DNA of 64,000 nucleotides from a virus: IMG/VR virus record IMGVR_UViG_3300036715_003541, positions 21,346 to 85,345 of that record; one strand, 5' to 3'. The notes below the pieces were generated by a model, which was not told where the DNA came from, did no database searches, and worked only from the letters and a program-made list of their open reading frames with translations. The position numbers and the translations under genes were made by a program. This document shows, one piece after another, positions 18,613-28,164 of this stretch; within the stretch, counting starts at the first letter, position 1, and each line of letters starts with the position of its first letter.

Positions 18613-20340
18613 TTACTCAGGTAATCCAGGTGAAGCTGGCATTGGTGGTGCACCTAAATCTGTTGGTCCACCTGGTAATCCCATTCCGCTATTACCATCT
18701 GGATTTTCTCCAGGTACAAGATCATCTTTTGCTTCCGGAATTTCATCATCATCATTTAATGATCTTAGTTCATTTAATGTCATTGTTTCAAGAGAGGCTT
18801 TTTCTTTTTTCAAAATAGCTTCTTGAACCAATTCTTTCCTCATTTTAATGACTTCATCTTGATAATCTAAACCAAGTGATCTATACAATGTATGAGAAGA
18901 CACACGTTTTGAACCATCTTGACCTGGAGTTGATAATTCTTTTAAAGTAGAAATATAATCTGTAGCGTCAAACAAATTCATGTGATTCCAGTCAACTTCT
19001 GGAATAATTAATTTTTTAACATCACCATCATATTCATAAAATTCATGAATTTGTGCAATTGGAGCAAATACCTTTGTCTTGAGCCAATTTGACATTATAT
19101 TTCTAAAGGTCATATAACGTTGACGCAATACATCTAACGCAACACCACCATTGGCATAACTAATATCCGATGATCCGTCCATAACCACAGATGGTACCAT
19201 TAAACCAATATACATTTCTTTTAATAATTGTGTGATATCATTTCCAATATCATAAATACCACTACCAAATCCAATTCTATCAATAGTTACACCATCATGA
19301 GTAAATATCTTGAAATTCTTATCTCCTTCAGCTTGCTCAAAAGTAGCTCTATATGCTTCCAAGTCAGCTAATGTTGGTTTGAAATCAGCGCTACCAATTT
19401 TAACAACAGTTGTTGGATTAACCATAGATGAAGCTTGAACATATTTACTTTCACGCAACATATCAAAAAGCATTAAGTTTCTAAAAATAGATAATGGTAA
19501 ACCAGAACCACGAACTTCATAAGAAGACGTTTTATTCGCCAAATAAGAGGCATTGAAACTATTCATAACAATGTTACCACCCTTACGAACAGCATCTACA
19601 ATGTAAGGATTTAACTGTCTACGTTCTTCAATATCAGATGGCTTATTTGAACTTACTAATTTTTTCAAACGATCATCTGGCTTCATCATAATAATAGGAT
19701 GATTGCTTGATGGGCTTTTTTGAACAATCATGTAATCTGGATTTTGAATAATAATTCTACTCCACTTACCTGTTGATTCATCCAACTCTAAATAAGGGAA
19801 TACCTCACCCAAAAGCCAATACTCATGAGCCATTTCTATACAAACATTCATTAAATCTATTTCTTCAATCATTTCTGTGAAGAATCTTTCAATATCTTTG
19901 TTTGCACATTTAATATTTAATTTACTAATAGGATAAGTACTATGTAAACTAATAGCATTTCTTACAATTGGATTTAAAGCATAAAAAGCACGTGCCCATG
20001 CATTTACTGTAACTCTATCACGTGGTAAGCTTAAATTAGATGTAAGCCATAATGGAGAATATATCTCTGTTGCTTGACGGAAAGAATCCCCTTGTGAACC
20101 TGAGTATCCACCGGAACTGGCTGCAATTTGAGCTTTTTTAGAAATACCACCTAACACAATACCACTTGATGTTAAACCTTCTTTTCGGGTAACATAAGAT
20201 CCTTGTCGGAATAAACCATTTTCAACATCTTGAGTAATTTGTTCGCGACGAAACTGAGACACACTTCTTCGTATTGTTTCTGTTGCATCTGGTAAGTGGC
20301 TTTTATTTGACATGTATTTTTCGGATTTAGAGAAAGTCAT
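18613..20340 (-). CDS. Portal protein
   Basis: 575 aa directly after the terminase. YALNPIVRNAI, EYWLLGEVF, RGSGLP, and a Pro/Gly-rich tail typical of portals. Confidence 0.8.
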   Translation of the reverse strand: MTFSKSEKYMSNKSHLPDATETIRRSVSQFRREQITQDVENGLFRQGSYVTRKEGLTSSGIVLGGISKKAQIAASSGGYSGSQGDSFRQATEIYSPLWLTSNLSLPRDRVTVNAWARAFYALNPIVRNAISLHSTYPISKLNIKCANKDIERFFTEMIEEIDLMNVCIEMAHEYWLLGEVFPYLELDESTGKWSRIIIQNPDYMIVQKSPSSNHPIIMMKPDDRLKKLVSSNKPSDIEERRQLNPYIVDAVRKGGNIVMNSFNASYLANKTSSYEVRGSGLPLSIFRNLMLFDMLRESKYVQASSMVNPTTVVKIGSADFKPTLADLEAYRATFEQAEGDKNFKIFTHDGVTIDRIGFGSGIYDIGNDITQLLKEMYIGLMVPSVVMDGSSDISYANGGVALDVLRQRYMTFRNIMSNWLKTKVFAPIAQIHEFYEYDGDVKKLIIPEVDWNHMNLFDATDYISTLKELSTPGQDGSKRVSSHTLYRSLGLDYQDEVIKMRKELVQEAILKKEKASLETMTLNELRSLNDDDEIPEAKDDLVPGENPDGNSGMGLPGGPTDLGAPPMPASPGLPE

Positions 20341-20351
20341 TTGCTACCTTG

Positions 20352-22226
20352 TTAATATCTTCTTGAACTATAACCCAATATAGCAAGTGGTTTTTTATTT
20401 TTTTCTAAATTGTTTTTCTGTGATAACTGACTTGTATCTTTAAATGCTGATGTAATTAAATACTTATAAGCTAAATAAGCATTTAACAAAGCCATCAACC
20501 CGTCATTTGGTGTGCTTCCTTTAATATAAGTAATATTAGGTTCACCTGTAACAAGAGGAATTGCTGCTTTCAACTCCATACTGCAACAATGTTCAATCAA
20601 CCATGCTATTGCATCATAATTTTTTAATGGAAATCTAATAGATCCAGATTTAAACAAATCAAATATTTCACCAATATAATAACTTCTTTCAAATTGAATT
20701 TCTGGAACATCCATATTTCCAACAAATCTCGCTCTTCCAGCAGCTTTAATAGAACCTTGGGCGCGAGAAACAATATATTTATCACCATGCTCCAAATGTA
20801 ACATTTGAGACAAGTCATTAGAGAAACCGATATCACCAACAACCAAATCTACAGAGTATTTTCGAATTAACTCAGCTATAATTTGTTTCTTATATTCAGG
20901 TGTATTTTTCTTTAACTTAATAGCAAGTTCAATGTCAAATAAGTTAGGTCCTTTAACAGATAATATAACTACTGTTGAATAAGATTTTCCCTTTCCACTT
21001 TTATCAGGGTAAGCCAATTGTTCGGCATCAGACTTGCCACCAAAGTCGATACCCATAATAACCATTTTTTCATCACCTTGTTTTATTCCCGCTCTCATAG
21101 CGCGATCAAGATCACCACAATTATTATAAATTTCCTCTGTATCCATAGGAGAGGTATCTCCTTGGTAAAATTCTCCTAATGTTTCATTTTGATAACTACG
21201 CTCTGTAACGTTTGGATTAAAACTTGGCTTTTGTTTTAATAAATCTTCCTTAGTAATGTTAGGCATGTATAATTGATTGATATGATAACCAACATACATA
21301 CATTTATCTTCGTTTTCATTAAAAGCAACCCATTTACCTCTACCAGCTGCGGGTCTTTTATCTTGTTCATGACCACAATGTGTACATTTTACAGTGTAAC
21401 CTGTAATCCAAATGTTTTCCCATTCATTTGATTCTGGTGTATACAATGGGAAATATTCTTTACAAGATTCACACCCCAAATAATAATATTGTTGATTTGA
21501 ACTTAACCACATTTCATGGAAGTCAGATCCTTTTTTCTTTGCGGTACCAAAGTAAACTTGCACACCACTACCTGGTGGTCCTATTTTTGATTGATTGAGG
21601 ATTTTTGTACAATTGTTTATTGCATCCAATCTCATATCTTGCACTTCGTCAAAGAAAATAATATCACAAGTACGACCACGAATACGGTCGCCGTTTGCGC
21701 CTGTTGATTCAATCGCCAATGTATTTTTATTGAATTGTTTAAAACTTAATGATTCTTCAATACCTTTATCCAACTTGGAAACCATAAAAGGTATTTTATT
21801 TTGTACTTTTTTTGTTTTTTTATTTACTGTAACTTCAGTTTCTAAAACAATAGGAACTGATTCTTGAATCATTGGTTGAAATTTTGTTTTTGAATAAATT
21901 TGAGCCAAACCAATTGTTGGGAATAAATGAATAATTCTTAATGGTATTCTATCTTCCACACCATACAAGCCAGATGCTAAAAAATAACATTCCATAACAG
22001 AAGCCATGGTTGTTTTACCAACCTGACGTGAAGCAACAATAACAAGTGGTTTGCCTTGTCTTTCAATAGACTTTAAACCAACATATCTATAAATATCAGC
22101 AAATGGCTTCCAGCTAAGTTCACTTACTCGAAATTTACCACCATCAATGGTTAGATATTTTTCAACAAAATAAACGGGATCATAATTTAATATTTTTTCT
22201 TTTAATTTATCAAAAAAATCTTGCAT
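20352..22226 (-). CDS. terL: Terminase large subunit
   Basis: Walker A ASRQVGKTT, RGRT, Walker B FFDEVQD, CxxC pairs as in GpA-like terminases, nuclease GIDFG and PNDG. Start moved to ATG 22226 because the track start lies in a terminator. Confidence 0.9.
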   Translation of the reverse strand: MQDFFDKLKEKILNYDPVYFVEKYLTIDGGKFRVSELSWKPFADIYRYVGLKSIERQGKPLVIVASRQVGKTTMASVMECYFLASGLYGVEDRIPLRIIHLFPTIGLAQIYSKTKFQPMIQESVPIVLETEVTVNKKTKKVQNKIPFMVSKLDKGIEESLSFKQFNKNTLAIESTGANGDRIRGRTCDIIFFDEVQDMRLDAINNCTKILNQSKIGPPGSGVQVYFGTAKKKGSDFHEMWLSSNQQYYYLGCESCKEYFPLYTPESNEWENIWITGYTVKCTHCGHEQDKRPAAGRGKWVAFNENEDKCMYVGYHINQLYMPNITKEDLLKQKPSFNPNVTERSYQNETLGEFYQGDTSPMDTEEIYNNCGDLDRAMRAGIKQGDEKMVIMGIDFGGKSDAEQLAYPDKSGKGKSYSTVVILSVKGPNLFDIELAIKLKKNTPEYKKQIIAELIRKYSVDLVVGDIGFSNDLSQMLHLEHGDKYIVSRAQGSIKAAGRARFVGNMDVPEIQFERSYYIGEIFDLFKSGSIRFPLKNYDAIAWLIEHCCSMELKAAIPLVTGEPNITYIKGSTPNDGLMALLNAYLAYKYLITSAFKDTSQLSQKNNLEKNKKPLAILGYSSRRY

Positions 22227-22240
22227 ACATATATGCAACA

Positions 22241-22266
22241 AAAAAGCCCATAAAAATGGGCTTTTT
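22241..22266 (-). terminator. Rho-independent terminator
   Basis: aaaaagcccat-aaaa-atgggcttttt. Confidence 0.75.
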
Positions 22267-22267
22267 A

Positions 22268-22843
22268 TCACATATTGCTTTTAAATCCGAATGGATCATC
22301 TTGAATATCATCGAATTCAACTTTTTTATCTACTCGACCTAAACGGCTTTCATCTTGATTATTAGGTATCTTAGATCTTTCTTCTTTGTTTGCTTTGCTT
22401 ACATAAAGAATCAAGCGTTCATCTCCCCAATGTTTTGAACTTTTGCTTTCTTTTGAATAAATCTTTTGCAGTCTTTCAAAAATAGCAGGTACAGGTAGTA
22501 AGCCTTTTGTATCTTGTATGATATTATGTATTGTATTTTGTATGGATGGTAATTCTTTGAAAATTTCAGGTTCACCCCTGTCAACATTACCTTCAGCTTC
22601 CATAGGTGATTTTTGTTGTTGTGCTTTTTTGCCTTTCAAGTAATCATAATAACCACTACGCTTTTGCATATCTTCAACAATTGCTTTTACAGTTGGAAAT
22701 TTTGATTTTTTATTCAAAATATTATTGATTTGATCAATCATAGATGAACTTGGTTGAACAGCTTTTTTATTAAGTTCCTCTTTGAAATATTTTTCAATTT
22801 CTGAGGAATTGTCGGATACTTTAGAAAATGGTTTATATTTCAT
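22268..22843 (-). CDS. Hypothetical protein (head block)
   Basis: Likely start MKYKPF with AGGA RBS. KKAV and KKAQ sites. Confidence 0.55.
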   Translation of the reverse strand: MKYKPFSKVSDNSSEIEKYFKEELNKKAVQPSSSMIDQINNILNKKSKFPTVKAIVEDMQKRSGYYDYLKGKKAQQQKSPMEAEGNVDRGEPEIFKELPSIQNTIHNIIQDTKGLLPVPAIFERLQKIYSKESKSSKHWGDERLILYVSKANKEERSKIPNNQDESRLGRVDKKVEFDDIQDDPFGFKSNM

Positions 22844-22862
22844 AATTGTCCTAATGTTAACT

Positions 22863-23741
22863 TTATGATTGATAACTTGCAGCAAAATCAAAATTATCTG
22901 AAGAAGTCAAATCAATATTATCATCTCCAAATAAACCACGATCCAAACGTAGTGGATATCCCATATCTTTTAATAACAACATCATTTCCATTTTTTCACG
23001 CTCATCCAATTTATATTTTTTAGCCAAAGTCATAAATGTTTCTTCCAAATCATGACCAGCAGATACTTTGCTATTTATACAAATTTTGCACAAACCTAAA
23101 ATAAGTAAAGGAACAGTTACACTAATTCCATGGATTTTTGTACTACCAGCATTCTTTACAAACTGAGAGTCATATACAGAGAAAAATGCTTTTTTCTTTT
23201 TTCTTTGCTTTACTCTTTCCAATCTATTTTCTAAAGAATCTAATCCATCTTCTATTTTTTGACGAATAACTTCTATTTTTTCATGAGGAAGTTCGCCATC
23301 CAAATCCAAACGCATAGCTGTTGATATTTCTTTATCTAGCTTTTCCATATAAGCAATGGCTCGCTCTAATCCCGCAGTATCAACCCCTGAATGTCTAGGT
23401 ACAGAATTGACTCTTTCTTGTACCCAAGGAACAAACCCCTCTGGACCGTATGCCTCCCAATCCCACTTGTCTTTTGGAGCGTTTGATTGGCTGTCAAACT
23501 CACTTTCTTCTTCTTCATCTTCATCTTCATCAATAACAATTTCTTCAATTGGACCACTTACACCCAATAACTCAGGCATTACAATGATCTGTGGCTCTTC
23601 TTCATCTGCAATTTCCACAACATCTGTTGGTAGTTCGTCGATGATCATATCACCATCTTCATCCATAGAAATACTAGCTTCTGGTGCATGTTCCAATTTT
23701 GAAAAAATTGCTTCTATTAATTCTTGTGCTGTTTTATTCAT
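22863..23741 (-). CDS. Hypothetical protein (head block), acidic N-terminus
   Basis: 292 aa, GAGG RBS. Begins MNKTAQ; KKAF and KNAG sites. Confidence 0.6.
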   Translation of the reverse strand: MNKTAQELIEAIFSKLEHAPEASISMDEDGDMIIDELPTDVVEIADEEEPQIIVMPELLGVSGPIEEIVIDEDEDEEEESEFDSQSNAPKDKWDWEAYGPEGFVPWVQERVNSVPRHSGVDTAGLERAIAYMEKLDKEISTAMRLDLDGELPHEKIEVIRQKIEDGLDSLENRLERVKQRKKKKAFFSVYDSQFVKNAGSTKIHGISVTVPLLILGLCKICINSKVSAGHDLEETFMTLAKKYKLDEREKMEMMLLLKDMGYPLRLDRGLFGDDNIDLTSSDNFDFAASYQS

Positions 23742-24268
23742 TAAAACCTCTTATAGTTACGTACTATTGTATTATTTATATGATAATATTTATTATCATC
23801 ATAAAATTTTGTTTGAAGATCTGGATCATCCACTTCATCTTCTGGTAAACCTTGATTCAAATAAGAATTTTCAAACAAAGATTGAATAGATTTATTAATT
23901 CTTTCCATTTTACATTTAAGTTTTTGAGACTTATTTTCATCTATAACTTTATCATCTAAATCGTAACCATAATTTAATTGATCTTGAGTTTTACCAGCAT
24001 CATCTGGTTCATACACAGGGTAACTATCAAAACTAAATGGATTTATATTTAATGTTGGTTCTATTGTAGAATAATTATCAGCATGAAAATCAAAACCAAG
24101 TGATACAAATGCTTGCCTTTTTATTTTTCTTTTCTTTCTAGCATTTCTTTTTTTTCTTGATTTATCTAAAAAATCTTTCACACTTTTATATTCAGACATA
24201 TGCTCATACAAGCCAGCGCCAGGACCCGTTGGATCATCTACTTTATCGTAGTTTTTAAAAAATATCAT
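23741..24268 (-). CDS. Hypothetical protein (head block)
   Basis: Likely start MIFFKNY, ATGA-coupled to the upstream stop. Basic stretch ending KRQAF. Confidence 0.5.
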   Translation of the reverse strand: MIFFKNYDKVDDPTGPGAGLYEHMSEYKSVKDFLDKSRKKRNARKKRKIKRQAFVSLGFDFHADNYSTIEPTLNINPFSFDSYPVYEPDDAGKTQDQLNYGYDLDDKVIDENKSQKLKCKMERINKSIQSLFENSYLNQGLPEDEVDDPDLQTKFYDDNKYYHINNTIVRNYKRF

Positions 24269-25005
24269 TTGTCCCTGCTCTTGTAAAAAGGATATAAAGT
24301 AGTTGTAATTGGTATTTTTTCCCACAAATTTGTTTTATTAATTGTATCAATTGTTTTCTCAAGATTTAACTCTAAACATTGATCTATTTTCTTTTTTAAA
24401 TAAGATGCCTGATCAATCACAATTGGGCTTTGTCTTAAAAATTCTATACAATCATCATTTAAATTGTAATCCAATTTCGCGCAAAGATAAATAGCTCGTA
24501 TAATCCTTTTGTCATCATGAAAGGTTGTCTCAGCATCAATAGGAGGCAAAAGCATCTTTGTTTTTACACTTTCTGAGCCTTTGTTTGTTGGATCAAATAT
24601 CTTATGGAAATTCATATCTGACAAAAAAGCATTGCATGTAAAATCTCTACTATACATTTCTTTTAATAAATTTGTTGGATTTACATTTAAATCTTTCAAC
24701 TTGTTTTCAATATCTGGATGATTATAATTTGAAGAAAAATCCATTTTAATATTCGCAAATTGAACGGATTTGTGACCATCTGTTGCTGTTGTGGTAGTGA
24801 TATTAAAAGACTTCTTGAAATAATTGGAAACTTCATCGGCTAATAAGAAAACAGATTTATCACCCGTTGTAATATCAATATCATTGATATCGGATAAATC
24901 ACCACGGTATTTATCACGAACAAGACCACCACAAAGATATGGAGTAGAAAACCCATTATCTTTTGCGATGGTATCAATGGTTGATAAAATTTCCTTTAGT
25001 TTCAT
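24265..25005 (-). CDS. Class II tRNA nucleotidyltransferase / poly(A) polymerase family protein
   Basis: GGLVRD, DIDITT, SRDFTCNA, DDKRIIRA; 246 aa, head and neck domains only. Confidence 0.85.
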   Translation of the reverse strand: MKLKEILSTIDTIAKDNGFSTPYLCGGLVRDKYRGDLSDINDIDITTGDKSVFLLADEVSNYFKKSFNITTTTATDGHKSVQFANIKMDFSSNYNHPDIENKLKDLNVNPTNLLKEMYSRDFTCNAFLSDMNFHKIFDPTNKGSESVKTKMLLPPIDAETTFHDDKRIIRAIYLCAKLDYNLNDDCIEFLRQSPIVIDQASYLKKKIDQCLELNLEKTIDTINKTNLWEKIPITTTLYPFYKSRDK

Positions 25006-26579
25006 TTAACTTCCGTTGGAAGGTTAGGCGCTACTGGAGCTGCTGGTGTAACTGGAGTTTGTGTGGATGCTGCTGGAACAGCCGCTTCTTCTACTTCAAT
25101 TTCTGGCGCTTCTTGTTTATTGATTGAATCGTTTTCTTTTTGTTTTTTCATTTCATACTTTAACTTTTCATTTTGTTCATCTTTTTCAAGACCTGATTTT
25201 AAAGCATCAACTTCTGGGTTTGAAATTTTAGTGGAATTATCTTGTGATAAATCTAAATTTTTAATCTTCAAACTGCTATACAAACGAGATAAAATAGCGT
25301 CAATACGAGTAGCAACATAGTTATTTGATTCTAAGCTTTTATTTGTTGCTTCTGATAATTCAGGAAAATAAGTTGATAAATCTAATTTATTTAACATTAA
25401 ATCGACCAAAGATAATTGTCTTGGTATCTCACGTGTTTTAAAGATTTTTGATATTTGCTCAAGCTTATTAATAACATCTTGCAATTTAACATTACCTAAT
25501 GCTCCATCTAATAGCGAATCAAATTCATTGGCATTAATTTCGCCTACTTGCCCCGTGGAAGCGTCTTCGCCTACCTCAATATCTGCTTGTGGCTTATCAA
25601 TAGGTGCAGTTGTTACAGGAGCTTGTGCGCTGTTTAAAGCATTACCCTCTGGAAGCTGTTGAGCAAATGATGTTAACTCCGATTCTTCTTGACCCTCATC
25701 ATAAATAACAATTTCATCTTTTTCATCTTCTTCTTCTTCCTCTTCTTCATCATCATCTGAATCAAATGTATCTGATTCAAAATTATCACCATTTAGTTTT
25801 TTTATAAAACTTTCAATACCTGAGTCATTATCTACTGGTGGAGAAGATTCTGGTGCAGCTTGTGGGGGTGCTGAGGAATCACCACCAAATGCATCGCCAG
25901 TATTTGTTGTATCTGTTAAATTTGGAGTTAGATTTGGTAGGAAGTTTGTGGCTTCCCCTGTATCTGGACCTTTACCAACCATTTGAGCGATTTTATAAAG
26001 ATAATTAGCTCCCACTGAAAAACCATCGCGAGAAAGTTTATTACCTTCTCGAACAATCATATCTTCATATATTTTTCCACTTGTACTTGCTTTTTTTATT
26101 TTTGCAATTGTCTTTCTAACATTATGTAAAGCATCAATAACATTTTCATACTCTTGACCAATTAAATCGGGAGCATATTCATGTTCAAGTAATTTTTCGG
26201 CAGCTTTTAATCGTGCAAGTATTTTTGTTCTTAATTTCATCAATTGATCATTTTTTATATGATCATTTGCATGTGATTCATCAATGGTTTGATCGGGTTG
26301 TTTATAAAAAGGAAGATCAATTGGTAACATATAATCACCATTCGTATAATATTTTTGCGCTTTTTTATATTTCAAGTGAACTCCTTCTTGATAAAATTTT
26401 ATCCAATTTAAAAAATGTTCCTTTTCATTATCAGACCAAGATTCGGTGAGAAAATGAAAGGCGTTTTTATTTTGCTGTTTATAATACTGCAAATCTTCAA
26501 AACATTTAACCCACTTTTCAACATCATATGTTTTACCTGGATTTATGAAATCAAAAGTTGGATAAGATATTTTTTTCAT
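25002..26579 (-). CDS. Putative internal head protein
   Basis: 525 aa. KKAQ, KKAS, KIAQ, hairpin motif (IVREGNKLSRDGFSVGANYL), acidic tracts. Confidence 0.55.
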   Translation of the reverse strand: MKKISYPTFDFINPGKTYDVEKWVKCFEDLQYYKQQNKNAFHFLTESWSDNEKEHFLNWIKFYQEGVHLKYKKAQKYYTNGDYMLPIDLPFYKQPDQTIDESHANDHIKNDQLMKLRTKILARLKAAEKLLEHEYAPDLIGQEYENVIDALHNVRKTIAKIKKASTSGKIYEDMIVREGNKLSRDGFSVGANYLYKIAQMVGKGPDTGEATNFLPNLTPNLTDTTNTGDAFGGDSSAPPQAAPESSPPVDNDSGIESFIKKLNGDNFESDTFDSDDDEEEEEEEDEKDEIVIYDEGQEESELTSFAQQLPEGNALNSAQAPVTTAPIDKPQADIEVGEDASTGQVGEINANEFDSLLDGALGNVKLQDVINKLEQISKIFKTREIPRQLSLVDLMLNKLDLSTYFPELSEATNKSLESNNYVATRIDAILSRLYSSLKIKNLDLSQDNSTKISNPEVDALKSGLEKDEQNEKLKYEMKKQKENDSINKQEAPEIEVEEAAVPAASTQTPVTPAAPVAPNLPTEVK

Positions 26580-27331
26580 AATTTACTGGATATCGATTCT
26601 GTAAGTAACTGTGCTTCTATATAACGTTCTTCTGTGCTTTGAACCGCTGTTGATAGTTCTTTTACTTTATTCATTTTATCATGAAACTTTTCCATAAACA
26701 ACAACGAAGATTCAACATCAATTTCACTTAATGTTTCTCGCAATGCTTCATAAAATACTGTTGCACTTTGATCAATCATATTAAAAGTAATATTATTTGT
26801 TGTATTCGCTGCAGCCAATTGTGGTGGCTCAATAACAAGTTTGTGATATTTTTCAAGCATTGTACCAAGTCTATCAAACCACTCCATTAAAACTCTATCT
26901 GCTTTTATAGTATCTGGATTGTCTTGAATTTGATCGAAAACTTGAGCTGTTCTTGTTTCAATATTTACAATCATTGTTAATAACATTGATTTTATATCCA
27001 ACTCATTATTTGCAAGTTTTGTTAATGCATCTTTATAAGATGAATTGTTTTTAACATTAAGTTCAAGTTCTTTTGATAAATCAATATTTGATTTTATAGA
27101 AGCAGATGTTTTTGCCAAATCTTCTTTTAATGCAATATGAAAATCAAGATATTTATCTTGATATGTTTTTAATAATTTTTCAGACAAAATAAAATTTGAC
27201 TCATCTTTATCTGTGTATTTAGCTGATAACCATTCGTGAATATCTTTTGCAGAAATACCAATAATCAACTTAGATGTGATTTCATCTAAATCTGGTGAGC
27301 TAAGTATTTTTTTTATAGATGGGTCTTTCAT
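26576..27331 (-). CDS. Hypothetical helical protein (possible terminase small subunit)
   Basis: 251 aa with an HTH-like N-terminus, coiled coil and NTTNNITF strand. The small-terminase assignment is only a guess from architecture. Confidence 0.35.
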   Translation of the reverse strand: MKDPSIKKILSSPDLDEITSKLIIGISAKDIHEWLSAKYTDKDESNFILSEKLLKTYQDKYLDFHIALKEDLAKTSASIKSNIDLSKELELNVKNNSSYKDALTKLANNELDIKSMLLTMIVNIETRTAQVFDQIQDNPDTIKADRVLMEWFDRLGTMLEKYHKLVIEPPQLAAANTTNNITFNMIDQSATVFYEALRETLSEIDVESSLLFMEKFHDKMNKVKELSTAVQSTEERYIEAQLLTESISSKL

Positions 27332-27338
27332 AACAAAA

Positions 27339-28052
27339 TCACATTCCTAGTTTTTCTTCACGAGTTTGATAAGATTCGTTGTAATTTGGTTTCTTATAAT
27401 ATTGAGATTGATTTTGAACGCTTCCACCTGGAACTTTATCACCATTTAATAATGTATATCCAGCTGGGTAATTATACACACGACCATCCAATGAACATTG
27501 ATATGTATCCTCTGATAATCTACGCATTTGTGCGCCAGCATGATCTGGACAGCTTCTTGTTTGCAAAGCATGTTCCATAATTGTATATTCCTTCATAGAT
27601 GGATGATCTTCAACTTCTTTTTTTACATCACCTAACTTATTAACTTCTTCAAATCTTTTTGAGCTTTCTTCATAACGCTTCTTCATTTCTTCAATGCGTT
27701 TGTTATCAGATTCTTTTCTAGCTTTTATAGACTCAGGAGTTGCTGCAATTGTAAATAATAATTGATCCAATACAGAGGCTTTTTTTTGTAAATCTGGATC
27801 ACCAGAGGCATCCAAATCAGAGGCGAAAGAAGCCAAATCTTCAAGATGTTCTTTGGTTAAAAAAACGTCTGAATGTGGTTCAATTTCTTCAAGTTGTTCG
27901 GCAGCATTTTTTAAAATTTTTGCTGCTGCGATACAAGCTGTTGCGACAATAGCTAAACAATCATCATCATCCTCAGCGAGTAATAACGCTTCGTTTTCTG
28001 TAGATTCTAAAGAGTTTGCGATAGCTTTTAACATTTCGGAAGATTTAATCAT
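27339..28052 (-). CDS. Putative head protein with hairpin motifs and C-terminal Cys/His ribbon
   Basis: 237 aa. LASFASDLDASGDPDLQKKASVLD; CPDH...YQC. Confidence 0.55.
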   Translation of the reverse strand: MIKSSEMLKAIANSLESTENEALLLAEDDDDCLAIVATACIAAAKILKNAAEQLEEIEPHSDVFLTKEHLEDLASFASDLDASGDPDLQKKASVLDQLLFTIAATPESIKARKESDNKRIEEMKKRYEESSKRFEEVNKLGDVKKEVEDHPSMKEYTIMEHALQTRSCPDHAGAQMRRLSEDTYQCSLDGRVYNYPAGYTLLNGDKVPGGSVQNQSQYYKKPNYNESYQTREEKLGM

Positions 28053-28114
28053 AAAACACCAGTATTTATTGTTTACTTTACTTTAGTAATGCTTTATTAT
28101 AGCTACTAGAAAAT

Positions 28115-28145
28115 AAAAAAAAGCAGCTTGTATAAGCTGCTTTTT
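28115..28145 (-). terminator. Rho-independent terminator
   Basis: aaaaagcagctt-gtat-aagctgcttttt with a long U-tract on the minus strand. Confidence 0.8.
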
Positions 28146-28164
28146 ATATAACGTAGTTATTTTA

